Shown piece by piece: positions 9,258 through 22,323 of a stretch of DNA of 64,000 nt. The notes below the pieces were generated by a model. The model was not told the DNA's origin, searched no databases, and was given only the letters and a program-made list of their open reading frames with translations. Made by a program: the position numbers and the translations under genes. Origin of the DNA: Halocafeteria seosinensis (taxonomy: Eukaryota); contig LVLI01000007.1 of the NCBI GenBank assembly GCA_001687465.1, forward strand, positions 62,001-126,000. The letters are read 5' to 3'. How positions within the stretch are numbered: the first letter of the stretch is position 1; the number at the start of each line of letters is the position of its first letter.

Positions 9258-10927
9258 ATGAGAGGCAATTACTTGCCAATAAAGGTAGCAGCGCCGAGAT
9301 GTTGTAGAGCTGCACATGCAACTAGCAAGTATGCAGCTTTACACAGGGCCCCCAGAGCCCCCTGGATAGGGTGCTGCCCTTCTACAGGGTTCTCTCTGCA
9401 TTTCCGTCGGAGCAACTCTACCGAAACTAGCGTCAGGCAGGCACAAACAAGAGCGCATATTAGAGGAGAGTCAGCTCCGACTGTCTACGTTGGTATGTCT
9501 GGTGGAGTCGATTCCACTGTATCGGCTCTCTTGCTGAAGGAGCAGGTAAGTTTGCGCAGGTCCACAGGGACTATTTCACCCGTATAGATCTCCTATTTTG
9601 CGGCGTACGATACAGTGGTGGTCTTGGATTGCAGGGCTTAAACGTGGTCGGTGTGCATATGAAGAACTGGGACAAACATGACGAAGAAGGTGCTGAAGTG
9701 TGTCCGGCAGATGAAGATGACGAGACAGCTCAACGCGCAGCACAGGAACTCGATGTACCACTGAAGAGAGTGAATTTTGTCAAAGAGTATTGGACCAATG
9801 TGTTTGAACCCTGGATTGATTCATATCAACGAGGCGAAACACCAAATCCGGATGTGTACTGTAATCGATATATAAAATTCGGTGCATTCCTCGCAAATTG
9901 CTTAAACGAAGGAGCTGAATACGTTGCGACAGGTCACTATGCGAAAGTGCTGCCTGAAATATCTCCACATTCGAACCGCTCTAGTCCGCAGGAGCGAAGA
10001 CTTTACAGAGGCGCAGATCACTGGAAAGACCAGAGCTACTTTATGTGCTGCGTTAAGAAGGAGGCACTACAGAATGTAATACTTCCCCTCGGAGGACTCT
10101 ATAAATCAGCAGTAAGAAGAATAGCTTCTAATAGAGGCCTCAGTAATGCTGATAGGAAAGACAGCTATGGCATTTGTTTTATTGGAAAGAGGAAGCTTGC
10201 AGGTAAGTTCGGTCTTATTGCCAAAGGGTCCCGAGTTGGTGAGCATGAACATGGTCAACGAAAAGTTCATATGTGCGTTTGTTACGTTACAGAGTTCTTG
10301 CCTAACTACGTTCACCTTACCCCGGGTAAGTTTATTGACATTGATAGCGGAAAGCCGATGGGTGACCACGAAGGGGTCGAGCTCTATACGGAAGGGCAAT
10401 CCGCTCGAATTTCAGGAGCATCCTGTAAATACTTCGTCAGTTTTAAGGATCTGAACGAGGGAAATATTTATGTTGCTGCCGGTGCTACGCATCCGGCGCA
10501 ACTTTCAACATCTCTTAGAGTAAGTCTCCAAGCAGCGTACACTCTTACTCGATGGGATCATATGTATATGCCATCACAGGCACCCGTTTCGGGCTTTAAT
10601 TGGTTAGAACGTACGGGACTAGATCTGCACCGAGGGAAGGATTGCAAAGTTCGTCTGAGGCACCGCCAGGATGAAGTACGTGGCGAAGACCATTTTGATT
10701 GCTCATGCTTGCCTTACTTTACAAATGCTCCTCTGCAGCTGATTCCGAGTAATGTTCAGCTTTTAGATGATTACATCCACGTGCATTTCCACGAATCACA
10801 ACGCAACGTTTCTCCCGGACAAATTGTGGCGTTATACGATACGAATGGAGAACTCTGCTACGGTGGTGGACCTATCGAGAGCCGCATGACGCAGTGGGAA
10901 GCAGACCATCAACGAAAGCCTCCTTGA
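9258..10927 (+). CDS. TRMU: tRNA-specific 2-thiouridylase (MnmA/TRMU), 5 exons; start codon uncertain
   Basis: VGMSGGVDS PP-loop, HMKNWD, TPNPDVYCNRYIKFG, ATGHYA, KDQSYF, DSYGICFIG, VSPGQ; introns 9546-9634, 10203-10292, 10520-10579, 10676-10738. Confidence 0.93.
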
Positions 10928-11261
10928 AATTGTCAATGATGCAAACTTTTTCTCAATTCCATTAATGTACAAAACAGCACCAAGAATCACCGAATATCGC
11001 GTTTCCTCCTTGCCATGTCCGAGGGAGGCAGCTAGCTTCGCCGAATCGCCTGCTCCAACTTCACAGCCAAGTTCACAGCGCTGCGTAAATGCTCGCCATA
11101 CAATGTTGCACGACGATAGTCCGACTGTCATGTGTTGATTCTCTCTGGAGAAAAGTTAGCAGTTCGGTTGTAAACCAAGTCGGCTTCAAAAGAGAAGTGA
11201 AAATGCAGAGTGAATACAGTAAGTGCCATGGAAGACGTGTGCGCGAGGCTTGATATGTGAT

Positions 11262-12227
11262 ATGATGCAACATCCGCTTAGTGCAGGCCACTTACTCTCC
11301 CGAATAGAGGCTCTAGAAAATGACAAGGAGTTTGCGAAGGTACAACTGTGTAGCATGCGTGTGTCCAACTGTCAGGGTGGTCAGAACGGATCCCGTTATG
11401 TGCAGGATCTCGCACGTTTACGTTCGCAAGAAGTGGCCTTAGATCGTAATGAGTATCATACTGTAACAGACGAAGTTTCCAACCTCCGAAAAGTGAACGA
11501 GTCTCAAGGTGAGCGAATCGAAGCTCTGGAGAAGCGCTTGTCGGAAGAATTAGTAGGTGCCAAATTATTTGTGGATAGATTCACACTTGTTCGAAGACGA
11601 TGTGTATGTGTGCTGACAACTTGACAGCAAGCTCGAAGAGCCCTCGAGAAATATCAGAATGATATGAACAGTCAGATAAATAGGTTAAAGGAAATGATAG
11701 AGGTATGGAAAAACCGCTGTGTTCCTGTTGTAGGGTGGTGGAGTTTAATGAGTGAGTGACGCGGTTCTATGTCAATCTGTCAGTCCCAGCATCAGCAGAT
11801 TCATCGAGTTGAGCAAGAGTTAAATCACAAAATATCAAGGATAACTGAAACTTTAATGGATATTGGAAAACGTACTGGGCAGCTAGTGGAGAGCGTAAAT
11901 GATACAAGATCGGATACTGGAAAGGCGGCAAATACGGCCAAGCAGGCGCTGACATTGGCTCGCCAACAGAAGCTTCGACTAGAGAACATGAATGACCCGT
12001 CTCCTGTTGATGAACGAATCGCGGAGGTTGAAAGGCAGATAAGAAGTTTGTCCCAATACATCCGACAGAGATCTGGTCAAGCGAGCAATAGGCGACCCAG
12101 TCAGCCCGGAATCCCGGCAGATACACAAGAAGTATTGGAAGATTTAACTGCGTCACTCACATCTCCGCTGAAAGCCGATAGGTCAAACTTCACACGATAC
12201 AACAGCAAAAGCCGTTACTTTGTTTAG
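11262..12227 (+). CDS. Uncharacterised coiled-coil protein, 4 exons
   Basis: Heptad-rich exons joined by GT-AG introns at ~11340-11405, 11553-11627, 11703-11783. Confidence 0.6.
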
Positions 12228-12398
12228 GCTTTAAAGTTTCAGTTAGGCGGGGAGGTAGAATATACAGAAGCGTAGTCAAATCAGAGTATGGTACGATGGT
12301 TCTATATTTTTATGCTCTACGACGCTTGCTCTTAGATGTATTGATTGCGAGTAAGGAACAAATATGGTGTTAGCTATCGAAATGACGCAGATAATAGC

Positions 12399-13507
12399 TC
12401 ATTTCTTCGAGTTGGAAGCGCTGGTGGCTCCCAGAGTTGCTGCGGTCTTTGATCCGTCGCCCCCAGTATGTGTCAACACCCCATCTTTAAGTTTCCTTTC
12501 GTGTTCAGACTGCAATTCTTGTGCCATTTGCTGCAGAAGGTGGTCAAGGTCCCAATACTCATCCTCCTCTTGGACCTGCGATAAAATAAAATCAATTGCT
12601 AATGACGGCAATTCTATATACACAAAAAGAACGGACATACAGCATCACTCGGGGCTAGCGTTGACGATAGCAAAGATAAGTCTACTTCAGTTCTACCTCC
12701 TGTTCCATGTGCTACACCTGAACGTAGACGGGCCTGTGGCTCCTCCTCTAGCTCCTCCAGTGATTGGACTTTCTTAGAAACATTTCGAGGCGCATGCGCT
12801 ACTGCGGACCAAATGAGGTATAACGGCTAATACGATAGCTTTCATTAGCCTAGAATTCCACTACGAAACGTTTGCTCTTTACCTTGGGTGGTGAGATCTT
12901 GTTGTTTTTCTTCGTCTAAATCTGGTATCTCCTGTATAACTGCACTCCACACAACAGTAAGTACAACAGAGTTCGCAAAATATATATGAGCGTCAATTTG
13001 CCATCATACCATCTACATCTTCCTCCTCGTCGAATGCACGATTGTTTTTCCTAAATGATGGTTGCTTTCTGTAATGATCGCGGAAGAGGTGCATAACTAC
13101 ATTCACGCGAGTGGGAATGTCGTTAACCGCGTTCCAACTTACCCCATGGGTTTAACTTCTGTGGTGCTTTCAGCAAACTGGAAAGCATTCCCTTGATTCG
13201 ATGGCCCAAATGCCTCCACTGAAGAGCCAGGAGCTGTCGAATCGTCCTTCTTCTCTTCGCCCTCAGTCATCCACGACGAGGTGGTAGTTGCAGGTTGGTC
13301 CGGGGACGATTGCTGCTTCCTTCGGCGTCCATAACCACCTCCTCCACCTCCGGAGGACGCCTGAGAATGGTCTAAACTAGTAACATTGGCGGCGCTCACG
13401 TCGCCTTCTGTATTTTGGGTCGATAAACCTTGATTTCCACGCCGTCTCCGTCCAAATCCACCGCCTGCTCCACCTCGTGAAGCACTTGTGCTGTCTGTGC
13501 CATTCAT
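12399..13507 (-). CDS. IFT43: Intraflagellar transport protein 43 (IFT-A), multi-exon
   Basis: Spliced product contains IPDLDEE, VAPRNVSRKVQSLEELE, VDLSLLSSTLAP and EEDEYWDLDHLLQQMAQEL, matching the IFT43 C-terminal pattern. Confidence 0.8.
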
Positions 13508-13947
13508 GGCACCACTTGAAAATTATGTATACGTACGGCTAATACCGACGAATGAATCAAATATAGTTAGCCCTAACAATGGGGAACCATACATCGAGCA
13601 ACAATCTCTTATTGTCACAATCTGAATTATCTGGTACACGATCAAATTAACGTCTGCGGTAGTTGCCCACCAGTCAGGTGTTCAAGCAAGCATCCCTGCT
13701 AACTTCTGGAGCAACGTTTGCATAGTCAAGGACAGGCAATGTTTGGATGATCAGGCAGAAATTACACAGTTATGTCTCCTCTTGAAGGACATTATAGCAG
13801 GTGTATATTCTTTTCAGTTTGCGAGTTGCCATAGAAGTGCTCGCTTCCAAGTCATCAGCGAGCAATTTTCTCTCGCTTTCAACAACGAGAATTGCAAAGA
13901 ACCACGAATAGCAGTCTTGATGAAAAATAGCAAGACAATGCAAAAAT

Positions 13948-14729
13948 TTAGCCAACACCTGCAGCGGCGACTTTCGGTATATCGTTTTGGACGGGCATTT
14001 TGGATAGGTAATCGTTGAGTTCCTGTAGACACAAACAAAAAAGACATAAAGAAGCAGAGCTACTCCCATTAGCAAGCATTGTGTACATACGTCGATCTTT
14101 TCCCTGTGAGACTTCGCCACCGATTTCTGCATGTTTTTCTCCTCCTGTAACGCAAATAGACGACGGGCGCAACGTACAATTACGAGGTCCTTTATTATGA
14201 AAGCGCTTCGCAAGGAAACTTACTCGTTTCCTCTTCTGCTTTAAGAAGTTACGTTGTGCTGGAGTTAGGTTCTTGAGCAGCTCCTCATACTCTGCTTCGC
14301 TGTCATCGGAAGCTACTTGCTCCTCGTCCTCACCTTCTTCATCAGGGTCTTTTCCTCTCTCTTTGTTCTTCTCGCGTTTGCGCTTTTCGAATTCGTCTAG
14401 CGATTTTTCTGTTTCTCTTTCGCGCTTAGATTTACGCTTCTTCCTGCACAATGCGGCCACCAAACTCGCACGCTAAGCACTTGATTGTTGATGTACGTCG
14501 AACAAAGCACCTACCTGCTTTTGCTTGATTTTTTCGATGTGGTGCCAATGTGTCCAGACGGTTTCTCCCACCCTGGACGCTCTTTTGTCTCTGGTGGTAG
14601 CATCTCAGATTCGGCGGCAGAGCCTCCTGTTGTGTCATTTGCACGGTGACGTTTCTTCTTCTTGGCTTTCAGTTTGAGTTTCCCCGTTCGCACATTGGAG
14701 TATGCTCCTCCTACAGCTGTCGAGGACAT
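13948..14729 (-). CDS. FAM32A: FAM32A-like (DUF1754) splicing-associated protein, multi-exon
   Basis: N-terminal AYSNVRTGKLKLK; C-terminal LTPAQ..., KSHREKID, LNDYLSKMPVQNDIPKV. Confidence 0.8.
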
Positions 14730-15100
14730 TTTCTATCACGCTCACGTCGTAGACATACCAATAGACAACCTACATAGACTGATAAAGAAACATTGACAAT
14801 GCTACATTGCATATACAATGCAGGGAAACGAGACTGCAGTCTGCATTCAACCGGACCGAGCAAACATTTCGCTCACTTTCCGGCATTCTCTATACAAACC
14901 CAGGAAGGAGACTTACTTGGTATTAAGGGCTGTTACACATACACTGCTTTTGTGCATTGGTTCGACGTGCTCCGATCTGGCTGGTAGAAAGCGGGAATAA
15001 GAGAAGTGGAAGGGGTCTTCGTGTGTTACTGAGGTAACCAGTGAGGTTGTGAAGTCAAGGACTTGCTTCCCGTTCATTTGGCGTCGTAAATGAAGACAAT

Positions 15101-18072
15101 ATGGACTCTTCTGGCCACTATTCCAGTGTAAAGATGGAAGAAGGGGAACACGCTCTTCAGCGGCCTACACATTCGCTGCCGCCGTCTCATCCACCTCCAG
15201 GAGATGACGAGGAAGGGAAACGAGGACTACGGCCGAGAAAAGACCGTATTGACTATGGTAAGTCTTATCAAGAAGCAAATTTCGCAGCATCGTGAGTCAA
15301 AGAACTGCATCCAAGGACGCGCATACCAGCATGACCTTGTGGACACCAAGTGGTGGTTGCTTTGGCTTCTCAAATCTCATGGCGGTGGTCTTTTTTGCAG
15401 CGACGTCTCAATTTACGGCTAACAGTGAGAAGGAATTCGATAACGTAGATACAGACGAGCTTGACGCTGAGCTCCTAAATGATCGTGCTCATTGCCTTTG
15501 GGCACAGAACAATGAAAATGGTATGGACAGATATCGATCTTTTGGGTGTTTCGGTGACCTATTCGGTAACTCGCTGCAATCCAGGCGAAATCGATTTCGA
15601 GGGAGCTATAGAAAGCCGCCGCTACTCGAACCAGGATATGTGGGTATTGAGGGGACGAGAGTTTAATATAGAGTTTGTGAGTTTGGTGCAACTGTAGTCC
15701 TCTCAAAGATGCTTTCCACTTACATACGTATGTAACTACAGTTGCGGAGACATGGATTCGATTTCCCCATTTTTCTTCCCGAAAAGGAAGGCTTGGATAT
15801 ACAAGTTCCACCATCTCATTTCTCAGTCCGGGATGTTGTCCGATTAGTAGGAGAAGACAGACCTGTAGACGTTATCGAAGTGGCCAACCAATCGGAGCTT
15901 CCGAATTGGACGCTAGCCGACTGGGGTGAATATTATTGTAACGAGGAATACCGAACTAAAAGGCTAAATGTTATCTCTTTGGAATTTTCACAAACGCCCC
16001 TTGCTAAGTAAGTAAACAATGCTGCCCTTTGTGGGTGCCGCGCGTCGTATTGCCTCGTTATCTTCGCTATACAGTTTCGTTAAGAGTCCGAAGACCGTTC
16101 GCGAAATTGACTGGATCGATAGAATCTGGCCGGGACACAGGCGAGACAATTACCAATATCCGCAAGTACAATACTACTGCCTTATGAGTGTAGCAGGGAG
16201 CTATACTGACTTCCACATAGATTTTGGAGGAACTAGTGTTTGGTATCATATTCTGCGCGGAAGAAAGCGTTTCTTGTTTGCACCACCCACTGATAGGAAT
16301 TTGGAGGCATACGAGGTAAGACATTTATGACTCACTTGGCGTTAAGACTATTTGTGCTAATATCGTACCACGTACGCAGGCCTGGACTTCTTCTCCGGAG
16401 CAAGCTTCAGTCTTCTTTGCAGACAAATGTGAAGGTTGCTTCAAAGTTGAATTCATGGCAGGCGCTACGCTGCTGATTCCACCTGGCTGGATTCACGCTG
16501 TTTACACCCCCGAGGTATGCCTGTTGCTTGGTAGCGTGGCTGGTGAAGTCTGCTAAAAACGTTTTCTTGGTTTGTGATTGCACTCTTCAGGATTCGCTTG
16601 TGTTTGGCGGCAACTTTCTGCATGGGTTCGGTAGTGCTGCTCAGCTTCGCATCTTTGATATTGAGAGATCCACAAAAGTACCGCGAAAGTATAGGTTTCC
16701 GTTCTACGAACACATCCAGTGGTATGCAGCTGCATATTATTTGCAATACCTGCGAAATCCAAGATCTTCGGAACTTGTTCTTCAAGCGTACCAAAGTTAT
16801 CCAGAACTTTACGATCCCATGGCTTTGAGGGTGTACCCGGAGATACTGAAGGAGAATCGCCATACGGACTTATTGGCGGAGTTAGAGCATGTTGCGAACT
16901 TATCTGCCAGAGAGTTACCCGGTATTCAGTTCATCGTGCAACATGCTTACGAATTCCTTCGGGAGCAGGAGGAAGAAAAGCGAAAGGGGACGGGTAGTTT
17001 CCGTCTATATGTGGGAACGAAAGATTCAACGCCTTCAAAGAAAAAGAAGCAAGGGAAGATTAAAGGCGTTTTACGAGAACCTGATCATTTTTCATCTATA
17101 GAGGCTTCCCAAGAGGCTGCATCAATGGTCGGCTGCTCTTCTGTTGAAGCTATGCTGACGGAACTCAGTAGCGTGTTGCAGCCGATGCAAAAACAGGAGC
17201 CGCAAGAAGATGATGAGTACAGTACCGCTATTCAGAGCTTGCTCAACTTGACTCAGAGTGGTAACACGATGCCAGCATCCCCTCAGCAGCCGAAGCAAGG
17301 TCAACCATCACAAAATACTACAGCCCGCTTAAAGCTAGTCAATGCAGGGAGCACACCGGTAAAGAAAATGTTCGGCAAAAATAGTGAATCAGTATCATCA
17401 TCTTCTTTTGATCCTGGACAGTATGTGTGTTTTGAAGAGCAGCATGATCCTCCCGAACTGCGGGGTGAGTACGGTTTATCGAAGGAGCGGAGACAACGAC
17501 TTGGCTTGGAATCATACTCCCCGGAAGAAAAAGATGAAGAATGGGAGACGGATGAATCACAGGAGGAAGAGGATGATGATGATGATGATGAGATATTATC
17601 AGACGCCGATGAAGATCAAGACAGTGATGAAAGCGTTCCATTATCCGACGACGAAGATGATGAAACATATATGGGAAGCTCTAGCTCTAGCAAGCGGAGA
17701 AAGAAGAAGAGACCTAAACAGAGCTCGAAAGCAAGTGTGAAAAAGCCAAAAGTTGCGAGTCCTCAACGCGGGAAGAAACCGAAAGAAGGAAGTGATCCTG
17801 GAAGTGAATTTATTCGTCAACTTCTGTCGAAATCGTCTCGCGGAAGAGGTGGAACGTCCCGTGGTGCCGCACGAAGCTCATCGAGTGGTGTTCCTTCTAG
17901 GAATCCTCCCACTGCATCCACGAATTCTTCAAGTGCCATTGGTTCTGTTGGAGCTCCCCGACATAGTACACCATCCAGGGGAAGAGGTGGACGGGGAGGT
18001 GGAAAGACTCCGGTATCCAGCGTACAGAAACTGAAGGCCCGAATGAAGGCACTAAGAGGACGAAAAAGGTAA
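15101..18072 (+). CDS. JmjC histone demethylase (JHDM1/KDM2/KDM7-like), multi-exon, acidic/basic tail
   Basis: LNVISLEFS, PQVQYYCLMSVAGSYTDFHIDFGGTSVWYH, GRKRF, IPPGWIHAVYTP, DSLVFGGNFLH; Fe-binding HxD...H intact. Confidence 0.92.
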
Positions 18073-18787
18073 ACGATGATGCTTTCTATAAGCGATCTAT
18101 TTTGACGTTATTGTTCGTGCGAAGTCCGCTCTTATTGTTCTCGGGCGAATACGAAGACGACTATCTTGGGATAGGCACGGAGCCGTGCACACTGGATTTG
18201 GACTTTAAGAATCTCCGGACAGCGAATGTTTTTATACTAGAGTGGCTCGGTATGTCTGTCAAGGGTCGGTCTACTGCCTAAACTGGGCTCGAGCTTCGAG
18301 GGATCTGTCAACTAAGCGTACATGGTAATCTACTCCATTCTGCTAGAGTATGTATTAGCTAATCGTGCAGCACATACTTATGCAATTGTGCAAATGTAAT
18401 TACTTCATTGATACAGACAATAATGACGGAGGTCTGGTCTGGATCACAATTGAGAATTTAGTGGGCTTTTTGCGGAGTGCAATTTGCACTCTAGATTAGC
18501 ATCGTATAGAAGGGTTGATCGCGTTTGGTAACCGCTAATATAAAGCATCAATATGAACAACAAAATAGTTTGTAGACCTTTTGTGTAGGTATTTGAAAAT
18601 ATTTTAAGGGCAGAAGGCTTCCACAGTAATAACGGGAATCTGACCAGAGAAAGGGAATTCTCCAGGTTGATCCCTCGTTGGACCTAATGTATGTCCAAGC
18701 TGGTTAAGAGAGTTAATGTCCCAAAAAAGTATCAAGTAGATACTAATTTGGCGAGGGTGTGTATATGCCTTTCTATTTTATGTGGCC

Positions 18788-19540
18788 ATGGAAGACGAAA
18801 AGGCTCATGAAATAAAGAAGAATTCTGGAGATTCTCCTGCAGCGTGTGCAGCCAATATTTCATCATGTCAAACCCTTAAATCCCCGTATGTACTTTACTC
18901 TGCTATTCCGCGTTGTATGTTATGTCCTCTGATGTCGTAGGAAATTTTTTAATATTAGCGTTGCAGAAGAAATGATCCAAACCAAAAGATAGGGACCGAA
19001 GAATCCGAGAATCCTCAACAGGAGCAAGACCGCTTGTCTGCATGTGGCCAGCATGCAACGAAGTTCTTGTCACCTACTTCAGATGTATTCCGTCTTACAC
19101 CAAGAAAGAAAAAATGTTCCGTTTGTGGCACCCAGAGAAGTCCTCACTGGAGAACCAGTAAGCAGACCGGAGATATAGTATGTAACGCCTGCGGGATACG
19201 AATCGGCAAAATGCCAGGAGCACAGGCAAAGACAAGTGTCGGCGCTCCTCGCAGAGTCAAGATCGGAAAAACAGTTCGGAGAGCGTTATCCGTGGTGAAC
19301 TCAAATATCCCAGCAAGAGGAACGTGCCAGAGCTATGATGGCAATGTCGCCAACCTCGGTACTTGTAGTACCTTCACGCTGACTACACGCGGATGCCTGA
19401 GGCCGAAGCGGTATAGATACATGAAGTCGTTTCCTCCCAAAGAAGATAATTCAGTGCACACTAATGCACATCCATCCCTGTATGGACTGGAATGCCTAGG
19501 CACAGCAGCGGTTATTCGAAGTCTCGATCAACAAGGATGA
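18788..19540 (+). CDS. GATA zinc-finger protein, 2 exons
   Basis: CSVCGTQRSPHWRTSKQTGDIVCNACG (CX2C-X18-CX2C); ATG 18788 with intron ~18886-18966. Confidence 0.75.
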
Positions 19541-20250
19541 TGAGAGCTTCGACTTGCTTCGCCTGTAGGTGAGAGTCAAGAGTCTGTTCTGTACACCGTC
19601 AAAGACCGAAAAACTACGTTCCATTTCGCCAATTCTGGCGCACAGCATGCAAGAGTGAGCATGCAGTGAATTCCAATCACTAGTATTGCCATCGGTTTCG
19701 GCAAAAACGGCGCTGCTTCTATTCAAATTCGTTGAAGATTCACTACTCCGGCGCGCCGCTCTCTCATGGCATTTCTAGGCAACGTATATTCTCCCTGCAG
19801 ATGCATGAGGCACTTCTCATAGACGTAGATCGTCTCCCCAAAATCTGGCCCGCTGCTTCTCCCCGTCGTATGGACTGAACGACTGACACTGAGTCAAACT
19901 AACTGCTAGCAGCTGTCTTGAGGTGACACAATATTTCCGAATTTTTCTCCTATTGCTGGATCATTATATACACAATAAATTGGGATTGTTACTCGCTCCC
20001 TCCGACAGAGATCGCACTCCACAACATTGTGTTATAGACACTGCCATTGCACTCTTTTCCTTCGTAAAAGGTACGTCTGTCAGACACCCTGTCTCCTGTC
20101 GTTAAAACTGTTCTGCCACTCTCGGCAGAACAATCGAACAAGTACAATTCTTTTCGCCTTGTTTGTATAGCATAACTATTCAAGAAGAACCAAACAAGAA
20201 CAGAAGAATTCATGCTGCCCTTTTCTTTCTCGCAGGCCAAATAAGTGATC

Positions 20251-21955
20251 ATGCCAGGGAAAAATAAGCAGAGAAAGATGCATCCTGTGGGAGATTCCAC
20301 GAAACACCAGCAGCATGAGGGCTCCGACACAGCCGCTGCAGCAGCCCACACAAGCCAAGACTATGACGATAACACTCCCACGGAGACACAGAGTGGCTTC
20401 TATGGAGAGATCGTGAATGCTGAATCCAGAATCCAAGAGGTATGAGAGCCTTGGTTTTTTTGGCGTCTCCCGAGGCTCTGTTGAAATGGTTTTTGTACAC
20501 ACAATGCAGCTCCGGATGACTGTGGAATCGTACGTGAAGCGCTATTCGGATGCATTTGGAGAAGGCGGGCATCGTCTTCTTGTGGAGAGAATGCTGGAAG
20601 ATGAGAAAAGAGCTCGTGATTCGGTATGTGGCCGCTATTTCTCACTGTATCCCACAACCCACTGGCTTTCAAATGGGGCGTGAACTATCATACATACAGC
20701 TTAAGAGTGCCGTGGAAGCGTTCCGCACAGGGGCTACCGCTGATATTCCCGTACGTGTGAAAAGCGGCACGTGATTATGCCGCCAATACGGTTGTTTATC
20801 GTATGTGGTGTTTTGACATTCAGGTCGAAAAAACTCTGCAATTCCTAGCTCAAAGCATGGAACGTCTTGAAAATGTCCTCTCAAGTGCACAACAACTAGA
20901 TGCTTCAGCTGCTATCCCCGAGAGCCTTCGCAAGCAGATCTCCTCCTTTTATGACTATGCCCATGACTCAATTGCGAATGCAAAACAGCTGGCCAAGGTA
21001 TGTGGTTGTCGAGGCCACGGTAGTGTCACAAGAGTTGGAAGCTTAGCTTTTGGTTAGACCCGTTTTCAGGACATGCAACAACGAGCTACGGAGTATAGAC
21101 ATGATGCTACTGAATATGCATCGGAAAAAGTAACCCAAGTCGAGCACGCGGTAAAAAGGAACGAAACCATCAGAAGTGTTTACAGTGCAATCGAGAACGT
21201 ATGTAGAACTTTGCTCGTGTTGGGGCGTAGCGGTTTGTGCATTAAGGTATTCTAAGTTGCCACTGCAGCTCCGCGAGAAGATAACTGAACATGAAGCATT
21301 CCATGGAGCTCAAGATATTCTGAGAAGAGCCTCTGAACAGTTAACAGAGAGTCTGAACCAGCTACGCAATGTCCCTACTAGTGAAGTGCCGATGGCAGCT
21401 GTTTTGGAAAGCTTAAAATTGTCGCGCAATGCTGTTAACACAGTGACTGTTATGATTCAATCTTCAGAAACCACCCAACGGGTTTCTCAGCCAGTGATAG
21501 ACCGAATCCAGAGAGCTAAGACAATCGCCTCTGAAGCAATTCAGTATGCCATGGACACGTTCAAGAACGTCCAAGGAAAAGCGTGGGGATATGCTACATC
21601 AGCGGAAAACTATGCCGTGCAACAAGCGGCCAAGCTCGATGTCGAGTATGATGTTATCGAGAAAACCAAGAAACTTGCCGGCCAGCTGAACGACCAGTAC
21701 AAAGTTTATGACAAGGCCCAATCCTTAGGAACGTATGCTCAAGAACTAGTCAAGAACTACAACTTGGACACCAAAGCTGAAAAAGCCTTGAACTCTGCAA
21801 GAGAAATGGACTCACAGTATGTTGGTGGCCGAGTCACGGAATTAGTGAACTGGGCCTACAGCCAACTGGAGGTTGGCAAAGCGCACGCAAGCCAAGTTCA
21901 GCAAGAGTTCTACAACCAACGTAAGGGGATCTCTGCTGACCCTGTAGAAACTTAA
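20251..21955 (+). CDS. Amphipathic helical-repeat protein (apolipoprotein/perilipin-like), paralog A, 6 exons
   Basis: Spliced exons; LREKITEHEAF, LESLKLSRNAVNTV, AAKLDVEYDV shared with the downstream paralog. Confidence 0.7.
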
Positions 21956-22323
21956 CCAGTCAGTCAGGACATACTGGCTGGCTGCTAGCTCTTAACTGCT
22001 GCTCAAATTCAGCATTATCAATGCTGCTTGGTCCAGTACGTTTTCATCGCCTCCCGATGTATTTCCCAATAAATAAACCACGAATATTGCTCATAAATAC
22101 GCAAAACTTTAGTCCCAACCATTGGCAACCATCTTCAGGCGGCCCCGACGACTTCCCTGAGGTTGAAGGTTCGTCCGAGCCGGGGGACCATTCGGTGACA
22201 TTCATGCTACACAGGGTACTCTAGTTGTTTTGATTGATTCCCATAACTGAGACTTATCCGTCATCACTGGAATACTTGCGCATGTTATTTGGAGGCACGT
22301 GAGTGAGAAAGAGACCGAACACC

